A DNA stretch of 63,952 nt, filler included, from Octopus bimaculoides (GCF_001194135.2; 8 parts of 7 records of this genome joined end to end with filler, not necessarily neighbours in it), one strand, 5' to 3'. Shown: positions 52,630 through 63,952, counted from the whole stretch's first letter. The notes: generated by a model from the letters alone, not told the origin. Numbers and translations: made by a program.

Positions 52630-53050
52630 AGCAGCTAAGTCAATTAAATTGAGCCCAGTGCTCAACTGGTTCATATTTTATCAACCTCGAAAGAATGAAA
52701 GGCAAAGTTGATTCCAGTGGCATTTGAAAAGGGAATGTAAAACCCAGAAGAAATGCTACTAAGTACTTTGTATTTAGTATTTTGACTGGTATGCTAAGAC
52801 TTATGCAAAATTGCTGCATTAGTAATAATAAGAATAATCCTTTCTACTATAGGCACAAGGCCCAAAATTGTTGGGGAGGGGACAAATTGATTACATCAAC
52901 CCCAGTGTTTCACTGGTACTTAATTTATCAACCCCGAAAGGATGAAAGGCAAAGTCAACCTCAATGGAATTTAAACTCAGAACATAGTGATGGGCAAATT
53001 ATAGCTAAGCATTTTTCCCAGTGTGCTAACAATTCTGCCAGCTTCCCACC
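52630..53050 (-). mobile_element. Two SINE family B copies
   Basis: 52630-52770 and 52815-53050 both contain ttatcaacc.cgaaag.atgaaaggcaaagt. Confidence 0.85.
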
Positions 53051-54239
53051 TTGTTTATTATTATCTTATTCTTCTTCATATTTCTACTGACACAAGAGAA
53101 GTTATCTCTGATAAGAACAAAAAAATAGCCCCCAACATATGTTATCCCTGTGCACACCTTTCATTGCAGTGAGACTTTTGCAACTGGATGTCATTCTTAA
53201 TATAAACCATTTTACAGTATAAACTAGGTGCATTTTATTGTAGTACCAAACTTAAAGAGGTTGTCTCTGACAAGACTAAAGTCTACACTCTTCAGATTAA
53301 TTGCTGTCCAAAGTGGTTGTCTTTGTTAATAACTTTTTCACATTCTGTTGGATTTGTTTAGAATTTCCATCATTTTACTAGATGAATTACCTTTTATAGA
53401 GAAAATGTTGGTAAAGGCTCACCACTTAAGTGAAAGTGTTCGTAGAGAGGTCCTGTAAGTGAGCTTTTGATAAGTGTGTGTAATGAAAATATCAGAAGGC
53501 ATTTTATATCTTAATTTATTAAAGGATAACTAGAGATAACAAGTAATATGAGTGTAGCCAGTGTATGTGCATGAATCAAGGAAAGCTTTATAACTTACGC
53601 TTGAAAAATGGATTCAGTTGGAAGTTGTTATAAGCTAACAGGAAAAAAGCTAGCATAAACGAAAATATACTGCTCAAGATATGGCCAGAGTTGAGGGCTG
53701 ATATAATTCAGAACTAGCAGTGCAAAGTTGGTGTGAAAAACAAAGGAGCTGTTCCCATACTAGACAACTGATGTTACTGGACTGCTGTCTTTCTGTTAAC
53801 TCATTAAAACACCTGCTTAACTCTACTTGGGCAGAGAACTGCTTTTGGTATTAATATGTGCCCAGCCTTGATTGGATGGAGTTACCATAACACCACTGTG
53901 CTACAATGTGATAACTAAAATAGCTTTTCTGACTCACAACACCTTCAAATATAGTTAGGGAGTCACATCTCTCCATATAGTTAAGGAGGCTTTAAAAAAA
54001 GAGTGGTGACACTATTCCAAGGACTGAACCCTTGTTTCAATATTACAAAGTTACACCTATGTTTTATCCCCTGTCATCAAATCAAAATAAAAAACAATAT
54101 CTCTTGATTAGCTTCAAACACTTTCAGCAGATCGAAGCAGACTTCCTTGAAAATATCCATGGTCAGTTGTATGATAATGCTTACAACATGAAGGACTCGT
54201 AGAAAGGGCTGCAAGCACTTCTTAAAAACATTAACAGGT

Positions 54240-55702
54240 ATGCAGACAATGTACCATGTGCAAGCCATTCACTCAATCTTTTTTGGTAAAAGGCAGTGTC
54301 TACTGTACCTGAAGTTGTTGACTACTTTGGCATCTTGCAGCCACAGTATGTTTTCTTTTTTGAATCTCCTCAAAGATGGGAGTATTTTAAACACACGAAG
54401 CAATCTAGCCTTTTCTCTAAAGAGCTAAAGTGTAACTAGATGGTCTGCACATTATGAAGCAGTTCCAGCAAACAAAAATTGATATAAGGATATTTTACAA
54501 ACTCTCAAACATAAGTTTGAAGACTCAGAAGAGAAGCCTAAATGCAAGCAAGATGCAAAGAATTAATACCATAAGTTGGGAAGAAGTTATGGAGCATTTT
54601 AACAAAACAAGAAACTCCAAACCCCTGGTTCTGATGTATTTGAAGGATACCTTCTGCTAGCATCTTTGCTTTCATTTGTTAAAGAACTACAAGAAAATTC
54701 AGCCAACAGGATTGCAGACTATGAATCAGTAGCAAAAGGTTTATGTAAATATATCACCTCAAATTATTCTGATGTTTCCAGATGCATTGTTACAAAGAAA
54801 TTTGCAGATGGAGCAAGTGGTAGGGCTTCTTTGAAAGGGGTTGAAAAATTTAGGATAGAAGTTCTAATTCAAAGAATATTTACACCTAAAGAAATCCCGA
54901 AGAAAACACACCATCTAAAATGCAATGCACAGAAGTTCATCAGCTTATTTCTCAGCAATAATCATTTGAAATATTCCCTAATATTACCACTGCACTTCAG
55001 CTGTACTTGACAATGCCAATCACGAGCTGTGAAAAAGAAAGGAATTTCTCAAAGCTTTCCTTTATAAAGAATAAATTTCGGTCAACCATGACTGAAGAGT
55101 GCTTAAATTCCTTATGCATATTGTTTCTAGAAAATGACATTGCAAGGAAGTTGTAAGGGAATACGTTGCTACAGAGAAAAGAAAAAAATAGTATTTTGTA
55201 ATTTTCATATGTTTCTTAAATATGAGATTATTAGATTATATTAACTGTGGTACTTGTTATGTTTTATGTCTTTATTCTATGATGCATTATACATGTATAT
55301 AATGCTTCCTTAATTTTCAAGCCCCATAAACTTAAAAGTATCAGGCATAGCCTGGAAAATATTTGTTCACACCAGTAACTTTGAGAATCAGAATCTGAAA
55401 TGTACTTAAATTTGTAAAGAAAACTGTGATGATCTGCCATGAAACAACCACATTGACAAAGATATCAGTGATTACCCGCTCCTTGTTTCTGATGGAAAAT
55501 GGGCTCACTGTCAGGCTCATTCTTAAGGACTCCATATCATCACTTCACCATTTGGGCTATCAGAGCCTCAAAGCTAGAGTTCTTTGCAAAGGAACGAAAA
55601 TTCTTTGACTCTTATTGGATGTTACCTTACTATTGCTGGTTGTAAAGGGGGCCCCCATAACATTTTAAGGTTCAGGGCTCCAATATTGTAGATCTGCCAC
55701 TG
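54240..55702 (+). mobile_element. hAT transposase remnant with 3' terminus
   Basis: VPCASHSLNL (54251); TRWSA (54435); ALQLYLTMPITSCEKERNFSKLSFIKNKFRSTMTEECLNSLCILFLENDIARKL (hAT dimerisation domain); TIR-like gatctgccactg at 55691-55702. Confidence 0.88.
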
Positions 55703-56089
55703 CTGGTTACCCCTTATCTTTTTTATCCTTTAGCATTTACTTGTTTCAGTCATTAGACTGCGGCCATGCTGGGGCACTGCCTTGAAGAATTTTAGTAGAA
55801 TGCATATTTCCCAGTACTTGTATTTTTGTTTTTAAGCCTGATGCTTATTCTATCAGTCACTTTACTGCTCTGTTTAATGCAACGGTAATTATGGGTTGAT
55901 TTATGTATACCAGTGATTCTCTACATGGTATCATATGATCTCCATTGATGTGAGGGTACCCCACATTTCTAAGAATTATGTGAGAAAATGAAACATGTAG
56001 GACCCACAGTAGTTTCTGAGAAAGTCACATACAAATTTAAATACTAAACCTTCAGTCACTTTTGTCATAATCCTCTTAATCCATTATCT

Positions 56090-56134
<45 letters not shown>

Positions 56135-56340
56135 NNNNNNNNNNNNNNNNNNNNNNNNNNNNNNNNNNNNNNNNNNNNTTAATTAATTAANNNNNNNNNN
56201 NNNNNNNNNNNNNNNNNNNNNNNNNNNNNNNNNNTAGAGGTGTACTCCCGAGTGGAATCTGGATGTTACCCCACTCGGATTTACAGTTGAGAGAGGGTTT
56301 GTACAAAAAATTATAATTAAATTGAGCTTTATATATAAAA

Positions 56341-56593
56341 TATATATAAAATATATAGTTTTAGGGAAAATAACCAAGTTTCAAGAACTCATCGATGAAA
56401 ATCCACTATCACATATAGAAAAATTAACAATTAAAAGCACAATAAATGAGTAATATAAAGCAAAGTAAATATCATAAGATAAATATATATATTGTGCTTT
56501 TAATTGTTAATTTTTCTATATGTGATAGTGGATTTTCATCGATGAGTTCTTGAAACTTGGTTACTTTCCCTAAAACTATATATTTTATATATA
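56341..56593. repeat. Near-perfect inverted repeat, 104-bp arms, 45-bp spacer
   Basis: Arms 56341-56444 and 56490-56593; one mismatch seen. Confidence 0.95.
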
Positions 56594-57051
56594 TATATAC
56601 ACACATAAACACACACACATATTATATATACATAGTATATATACACATATATACGTACATGTATATATACACAGAAACATATGCAGAAATAGGCTCTTGG
56701 AACATATTTGTCAAAAGCACATTCATCACATTCATTGATTGAAAGTACATTGACCAAAAGTCATATTTGTAGAAAACAAATGGACTGAAACACATACTGA
56801 TTAAGAACACATTAGTTAAAGAAAAGGTGTAATATTCATTGAAATTTTAATACTTTTCAAAGAAATAGTTAAACAAATATACAAAACAGTGCAATTATTT
56901 ATTTATTGATATTTGAATGAAATGTAATATATTTTAATGTCTTTAACTTTGGAAATTGTTTCTATGTAAATTAGAATAAATAGATTATGTATAAACTACA
57001 AATTTGATGTCTGGCTTAGGAAGATGTTTGTGATAGCCATTAAATATAAAC

Positions 57052-57600
57052 ATTCATGTCATATAATCGTAAAAGTCTTTCAGGAAAACATGCTGGATTA
57101 ATTGATTTTGACTGTTTAAGTGTCAGTCAAGTACTGGTATCTATAAAATTATTCTGGTCTTGTACTTCTGTTGGAAACAATTATAACAAGAATGATGAGT
57201 GATGGTCAATGAAATCAGTCTGTGGGACCAAGATTTTGTGATTAAATCCAGTCATTGTTAGCTTTGCTTGTCATCTTTCATGGTTAATGAATTAAGTATC
57301 AGTCAAAGCATCAGGTAGGTCATTCACATCAATAAATCATGCGTGTCTTTCAGAAAAACATGCTGAATTAATTGATTTTGACTGCTGAAGTATCGATCAA
57401 GTACCAGTATCAATGGAACTGTTCTGGTCATGTGATTCTGTTGTAATTAATAATTCAAGATCAATGGGTGATGAACTCATAGAGCATAGAACGAAATAGT
57501 TTGTGGCATTTGATTCTGAGATCAAATCCAACCATTGTCAACAATGCCTGTCATCTTTCATGGGTCAATGAATTAAGTATCACTCAAATTATTTGGCAGG
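57052..57600 (+). repeat. Diverged about 270-bp tandem duplication containing SINE-B-like remnants
   Basis: gtctttcag.aaaacatgctg.attaattgattttgactg occurs in both copies (starting about 57052 and 57321). Confidence 0.8.
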
Positions 57601-57605
57601 TCTAG

Positions 57606-57790
57606 CCCTTTAGCATTTTAAACCAGCCATATCTGGTCCAAAAATTCTGCATGTTTTATGTTCAAACTGGCCATATCTAGCCTCTTACACCTACCCTGTA
57701 ATGTCATTCTAAAAATACAAGCTACACGATAATGCATGATTAATTCAAAACAATGTGAATAAATAACCATTACTTTTGACAGAGGGCTAT
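57606..57790. mobile_element. piggyBac-like MITE remnant
   Basis: Starts ccctttagcatt; family-typical body; degenerate right end gagggcta. Confidence 0.45.
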
Positions 57791-58233
57791 TTGATTACTC
57801 ATTGCTATAATAGTTGCGTGCCACTGTTAGCAATTATTATGGCTATGACCACTAAAGAAGTTAGAACCTTCATTTTTATTCTTTAAAATTTTGCTTGAAT
57901 TTCTAAGACAAGCAATTATCCTTATTATATACTGGCAACTTCACTGTCATGTCCTCATCTTATAATATGCTTTTGATCAATTTGTCTTTTGACCAATCTG
58001 TTTTTCTATGAATATGTATTTTGGCTAATTTGACTTTCAACAACTATATTTTGGTCAGTTTATCTTTTGAACGGTATGTTTTCAACCAGTGTGTTCTCCA
58101 TGAACGTTCTTCTGATGAATGTGTTTTATCCACCCAACTACACATGTATATACATATACATACATATATGTACATAAAGATATACATGTACATCTCTACA
58201 TATACATATTTATACATAAAACACAACCCCCCC

Positions 58234-58272
<39 letters not shown>

Positions 58273-59659
58273 CACACATACACACATATGCATACATACA
58301 TACATATGCGCATGTATGTATGAGTAAAAGAAAAATATGAAATGAAAAAAGTTGAAGATGTTTGTTATATGACAGTAGTTACCGTTCCTTCATTTGAAGA
58401 ATTGTAGTTCATTAAAATCTGTCTGCTCACATCTTTATATGTGTGTGTGTGTGTGTGTATATGTATATTAAATAAAATAGATAAATCAGGATTTAAAACT
58501 ATTGCAACATATTGGTAGAAGAGTTACTTTGACCCATTTTATTTGTCTATTTAGTTTCACATCAAAGAGTACTTGTATATTGTTAGATAGTTTTGGAACA
58601 CAGTTAATAACGTTTCATGTTAATTGATTGAAGTGATCTATTTTCCAATTTACAAACATCTTTTTTCGATATACTATAGTTTCTCTATTGATTGTAGTAG
58701 TAGTATTTCATTGAAAAGACCTCAATTTATTTACACAGGTTTTGGACAAAATCCAACTCCCAAAGAGAAAATCACTTAAGACAGGAATTTAACAACCCTT
58801 TTGTAACCAGAATTCTGTTAACATACAACACCTAGTTTTGTATGACATTGCTTCTTTTAATTACTATATATAGCTGGCTAAAACTACAACATTGTGCTTC
58901 TCTGGGATTCTTAAAGAGTATCTGATTATTCAGCTTGATCTTAAAGGGACCCTCTGTTGTGTCAACATGTTTTGTCCCATTATTATTGAGCAACACCATC
59001 TCTGCTATGTAAACTATGGCTTCTTTCTCATATTGAAGAATTTAGTAAAGTAACTGCTATTATAAATCTGGTGTTTGGAACATAAATTAATGTGAAATGT
59101 TGATGGAAGTTTTAAATTTAGATTACTTTAAAATAGGAAGTTTATATAACAGAATCAAGAATATTCTCAGGTGAGTTGGTATCAAAAGGATTAAACAGTA
59201 TGATTTCTTTTGGATGGGTACAATATGTTCAATCTCTAAATCTTTTACAACATCCAGAAAGCTATCTAAACAGACCAAACTTTCAAAGAACTTACTTCTG
59301 TTCTGTAACATTGACAAACTGTTTCTTATTTATGAATTAAACTTTATAGTTTTAGAAAGAAAGCTAGAAATTATGACATTCATATAATTTTGAAAAGCAT
59401 TTTTGTGATAGAGCCAACTTGTAGAAAACTTAACTCTATTCAAAAAAGTTCATAATAATAGTAACAATCACTATTAGCATAGGTAACCAGCAAACATCTA
59501 TGATTAAATTAAAATTTTCTACTTAAGCCTTTGTCATCAGAATATGTTGCTGTACAGATAAAAGTGGCAGAGAAAATTCAACACAATAAAGGGTTGTAGA
59601 CATGTTTTGAAAGGGTCAGTCTACAGACATTCTTTAAAATGTGGCATAGATGTTGTCGC

Positions 59660-59870
59660 TGTAATCATTATCATTTAACATCCACTTTTCCTTGCCTGCA
59701 TGGGTCCAACGAAATTTGTTGAGGCAGAGTTTTGACAATCACAAGCTCTTCCTGTCATCAACCCAAGTAAGAAAACATTTCTCATGGCCAGACATATTTT
59801 TCACTGAAGGCTGGGAATGAACAGTATATTCATTTCATGACCACCACATGATGTCAATAGAAGGATACAC
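59660..59870 (-). mobile_element. Degenerate RTE-tail-related repeat
   Basis: atcattatcatttaacatccacttttcc...gcatgggt resembles the tail at 45718. Confidence 0.5.
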
Positions 59871-60365
59871 ACAAACACACATACGTACACACATACATCT
59901 GTCTATTGATCTCTNNNNNNNNNNNNNNNNNNNNNNNNNNNNNNNNNNNNNNNNNNNNTTAATTAATTAANNNNNNNNNNNNNNNNNNNNNNNNNNNNNN
60001 NNNNNNNNNNNNNNAAATACTCATAACCCTAACCCCCTAAAGCTAAAACCAGTACAAACGCACGAACGATGTCATAAATAACAGTACCGCCGATAGTTTT
60101 TGTTGACAAACAATGGCACTAATTTTATTCAAGGGGAAAGATCCCATTACACCGCTACAACGTGTTGTTGATAAGCCACAGCAGTAATTGTGTTCACCTC
60201 AATAGACGTCAGTGATTGGTTGAAATTACCGAAATACGGCAACTTTTAACATGAAATAACTTCGAATATAAAAATTTTTCTCTGTTCTATAAGACAAAAT
60301 ATACAAGTATATGAAGTTTTAAAGCGTTTCGGTTGAAAACACACTAAATAAAAACTAAATTAAAA

Positions 60366-60986
60366 ATGGTGTCCGCTAAATCAGAAAGATCCGTAGAATG
60401 TACAACAAATCCAAGAAAAGAGCGACTAGAAAATACGGAAGAGAAGATAGAAGAGAGCTGCAGAAAGGAAGTAACCGCAAAAGAGAAAGAAGTAGTGGAA
60501 ATAGGAAAAAATAAATGGTAAAATGCAACAGGAAAAAAACGAAAAAAGGCGAGCTAAACTGTAACCCACATTCCACACCCATCCCACCCACACCCTCTCA
60601 GACCCATCCACTCCCTGCAGACACTAGGCCTATCCATTCCCATCCGACACAAAACAAGAGGCAAACACATACAAAGAAACCCAAGCCCCTCCTCCAAGTC
60701 AAAAAAGTGTAGGATTTATATGTTGCTTAGCGACGAACTGTTAAGGGATACGGCGGAATGGGACATAAAGCATATTGGAACTGCGGTGTATGATAATGTG
60801 AAGGAACATCACACGTGTGTAATACCAGACAAGAGACAGGAGAAAAAAATACAAGAGTATATGGATGGATTTTATATTTGGGAGGTGGACTGCAGCTGGA
60901 GCTCATTCCCAGAATTTACTACGTACGATAGGTGGTTGGAGGAAACAGGTATCGATGTGTTAGAAGGTTCAGGATTTAAAAGGTAG
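60366..60986 (+). pseudogene. Disrupted ORF of unknown family, probably repeat-borne
   Basis: K/E-rich segment, P-rich linker and a complex 88-aa segment (DTAEWDIKHIGTAVYD..HTCVIPD..FYIWEVDCSW..WLEETG), separated by stops and frameshifts. Confidence 0.4.
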
Positions 60987-61148
60987 AAAATAAGGCCACT
61001 CGTAAGTGGGGCGAGTGGTTCCATTTCCATTTTATCATTTTCATGTCTTCATACGTTATAACATTCATTTTATTTTTTATATATGTTTTATGTTCCACGT
61101 TTTGTTTGTCACCTCTACGGTTAGCCTCCGGTGGGCAATAAAGAAATT

Positions 61149-61548
61149 GAGATACCGAAATATCGTTCAGCAAATTTAATTATGGAACTCTTCTTTATTT
61201 ACATATTCCTTCCAGATGTGTCATAGCAGTCCTAATATTATCTATAAAAAAAATGAAGTAGACTGACATATCAAATTTTGAACCCGTTGAAGGAACACGA
61301 GATACCGAAATATCGTTCAGCAAATTTAAATATGGAACTCTTCTTCTTTATTTACATATCCCTTCCAGTGGAGTCATAGCAGTCCTAATATTATCTATAA
61401 AAAAAATGAAGTAGACTGATATATCAAATTTTGAACCCGTTGAAGGTACACGAGATATCGAAATATCGTTCAGCAAATTTAATTATGGAACTCTTCTTTA
61501 TTTACATATTCCTTCCAGACGAATCATAGCAGTTCTAATATTATCTAT
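61149..61548 (+). repeat. Tandem repeat, about 150-bp unit, about 2.7 copies
   Basis: gagataccgaaatatcgttcagcaaattt starts at 61149, 61299 and 61452. Confidence 0.95.
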
Positions 61549-61614
61549 TTAAGGTTTAGATTACTGTATCTAAATACAAACTAAATTTTTCAAAACCGTT
61601 ATTCTTGGCAAGAA

Positions 61615-62390
61615 ATTACTTTCTTGCCAAGAAAGTAATTTTTTTAGTGCTGAAATAAAAGTTGTTTTTTTTTCATACAAAGAATGAACTTTAATCAATT
61701 ATATATTTTCCATTTTGTTAGATGACTTTTTGCCATCTTTCTGGACTTCATGATTCCATGCTCATAGGACTGTTGGTCCTTATCAACCAGAAACTTACGC
61801 AAGTGCGATTTCAGGTCATCATTATTGAAAGTTTTTCCATTCAAAGAATTTTGCAAACTTCGAGATAAATGACAATCGGATGATGCAAGGTCAGGGCTAT
61901 GTGGTAAACATCTGAACTGATCGTTTGATTCCTTGGAAGCAGCTCAAAATACACACCTTTGTAATACCACCAAATTGATAGTACGACATTTTTTGATGCA
62001 ATTTAGCTTTCAGTGTAGTTTGTTCTGGTTCATTACCCTTGGACCATGATCGTTTGCGATTGATATTATTGAAGAGAATCCATTTTTCATCACCAGTGAT
62101 GATTCGTTTCAAAATAAGGTCGATTTCATTGCGCTTGAGATGCATATCGCAAATATTAATTCGTTGTGTTAAGCGAATCTCTTTCAATTTAAAGTGGAAC
62201 CCAAATATAGTGATTCTTAATGAGCTCAAGACATTTTAATTGATTTTCAATTGTTGTGTGTGATACATTCAACCTCTCTGCAATCTCTCGCACAGTTATA
62301 TGATAATCAGATTCAATTATGGCTTTGATTCGGTCATCATCAACTTTTGTAGGTCAACTTGAATGTTAGTTATCTTTGAGTGAAAAATCT
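61615..62390 (-). mobile_element. Mariner transposase remnant with internal deletion
   Basis: ICDMHLKRNEIDLILKRIITGDEKWILFNNINRKRSWSK..TTLKAKLHQK; C-terminal ERWQKVI.QNGKYIID; TIR-like caagaaagtaatt near 61625. Confidence 0.92.
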
Positions 62391-62719
62391 CCAGAACAGA
62401 AATTTTAAAACCATTTCTGACATGTGTGTTCTGTTAAGAAACCAATACCATAAACTTTGCGTTTCTCTTTGTGAGCCTCAGCAGTTTTCTTGCCTTTACA
62501 GAAATAAAAAAAAGCAAAATATGCTGAAAATGTTCGTGTTTGCACTCCATGTTAAAATTGACACTGAACTAACAGTTGTGANNNNNNNNNNNNNNNNNNN
62601 NNNNNNNNNNNNNNNNNNNNNNNNNTTAATTAATTAANNNNNNNNNNNNNNNNNNNNNNNNNNNNNNNNNNNNNNNNNNNNTGGGAGAGAGGGGGGGCGA
62701 TGAAAGGCTTTCGAAGTCA

Positions 62720-63058
62720 GCCTTATTGTCATCCATCACTTCCGCCTCCTCCTCGTCGCCATTTTCATCAACCGTTTTGCCATCATCATCATCATCGTCA
62801 TCATCATCATCATCATCACTTTTGTCAACGTCATCGACTTCGTCATCATCAGCCTCGTCATCCTCATCTTCATCAACATCATCATAAACATCATCATCAT
62901 CATCTTCGTCTCAATGTCATCGTTATCATTATCATTGTCATCACCCTCATCATCATCATCATCATAACCATCATCTTCATTATAATCGTCATCACTGTTA
63001 TTATCACCCTCGTCGTCATCAACATCATCATGATCACCATGATCATCATCATCATCAA
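62720..63058. repeat. Cryptic (CAT)n tract
   Basis: Direct reading; source of the poly-H/I ORF. Confidence 0.92.
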
Positions 63059-63548
63059 CGTACGAACAGTAGAGCCTGTCAGAAGCCCTTCTAACTACTA
63101 GAGCTTATTACCGTTGTGGAATGCTGTATGTAGTTACTGCACACGCTCTAAATAGCAGCTAAAACTCACACAATGCGTCTCCAAAGGAGAAGGCGACATT
63201 TTGACGAAATGCTTCCAAATAGAGAGTTAAGATGGATGGCCTTGATTGGAATGTCTTCAAATTTACATCTGCATCTGTTCTATTTTGTGAAAGATTGCTT
63301 ACTAACACATGACATTTTACATCAATCTGTCAAATTACTGTATTTCTAAAGCATGAAACTACTGGTAGCTCTCTTTAAAACTCAGTATGTATTAAATTAT
63401 ATACATGTATGTATGTATGTATGTATGTGTGTATGTATGTATGTGTGTATGTATGTGATTCTGATTTTAAAGATGTTACAAACATGTCTTTAAATGTAAC
63501 CTAAAATATAGCATTTGTTCATATAATTCGTATGATGTAGATAGAATT

Positions 63549-63752
63549 GGCGTGGTCGTGGTCGAGCGATTAAGAAGCTCGTTTTGCAACCACGTGGTTC
63601 CGGTTTCACTGTGAGGCTCCTTGAGCTAGTGTCGTGTACTATAACTCAGGGACGACCAACGCATTGAGACGGATTTAGTACACTTAAACTGAAAGAAGGT
63701 CGTCAGTGCTCCAGCATGGTCGCAGTCAAATAACTGAAACAAGCAAAAGAAT
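63549..63752 (+). mobile_element. Degenerate SINE family A, middle deleted
   Basis: Head remnant, then gtgctccagcatggtcgcagtcaaataactgaaacaagcaaaagaata. Confidence 0.8.
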
Positions 63753-63768
63753 ATCACAAAATATCACA

Positions 63769-63814
63769 AAAACTGTTACTCAGAGTTTCACGTTCCCGTT
63801 CGTCGGACAGTTTT
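63769..63814 (-). ncRNA. Minimal type-I hammerhead-ribozyme-like motif with intact cleavage site
   Basis: Minus strand: aaaactgt-CCGACGA-acg-ggaa-cgt-GAAA-c-tctga-GTA-acagtttt; 8-bp stem I, 3-bp stem II with tetraloop, stem III ACTCTGAGT self-complementary. Confidence 0.8.
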
Positions 63815-63952
63815 GTCTAAACTTGAAACTCTGAGTAACAGTTTTTGTGATATCTTTGCAGTTTTATTAATAAAGTATATTACTCTACCTCCGGTATTCG
63901 AGTACTATTTTTCCACCTTGTTTCGCATTTATGTGCTTACTCTGGTATATAT

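Noticed and set aside
55340-55610. Cys/His-containing minus-strand peptide inside the hAT 3' region
   Set aside because: Interrupted by stops, and resemblance to LINE zinc knuckles is too weak to call.
56530-56570. tcgatgagttcttgaaacttggtta as another hammerhead
   Set aside because: It has GATGA and GAAAC but no complementary stem I, and stems II and III are poor.
60024-60036. Telomeric repeat
   Set aside because: Only about two TAACCC units, inside a dispersed repeat.
61149-61548. CRISPR-like array
   Set aside because: Contiguous 150-bp units without unique spacers, in eukaryotic DNA, with no cas genes.
62700-63101. His/Ile-rich 133-aa ORF
   Set aside because: Translation of a cryptic (CAT)n tract; the same applies to 4600-5119 and 7997-8506.

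Overview
Repeat-dense animal genomic DNA from a gapped draft assembly, very probably Octopus (inferred from the tRNA-derived SINE families and extreme microsatellite load). No complete protein-coding gene can be supported, and almost all long ORFs in the track are microsatellite or N-gap artefacts. Recognisable content: (i) a 5'-truncated HERO-like REL non-LTR retrotransposon (18.5-24.9 kb, minus) split by a gag-only Gypsy element plus an unrelated solo LTR, apparently inserted at one CATT target; (ii) RTE, R4/Dong-like and CR1/L2-like LINE remnants; (iii) a Gypsy integrase remnant; (iv) mariner, piggyBac and hAT remnants and several foldback MITEs; (v) many SINEs of three families. Most interesting: three type-I hammerhead-ribozyme-like motifs of the Penelope-associated kind (26556-26604 +, 26717-26804 -, 63769-63814 -), all with a CCGANGA core instead of canonical CUGANGA; and a candidate minus-strand exon (2674-2866) resembling the C22orf15/CXorf65 N-terminus, whose UAG lies 5 nt before a splice donor that is in phase with a downstream open exon, a possible A-to-I stop-recoding site. 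All family assignments come from motifs read by eye and recalled family sequences, not from database searches.
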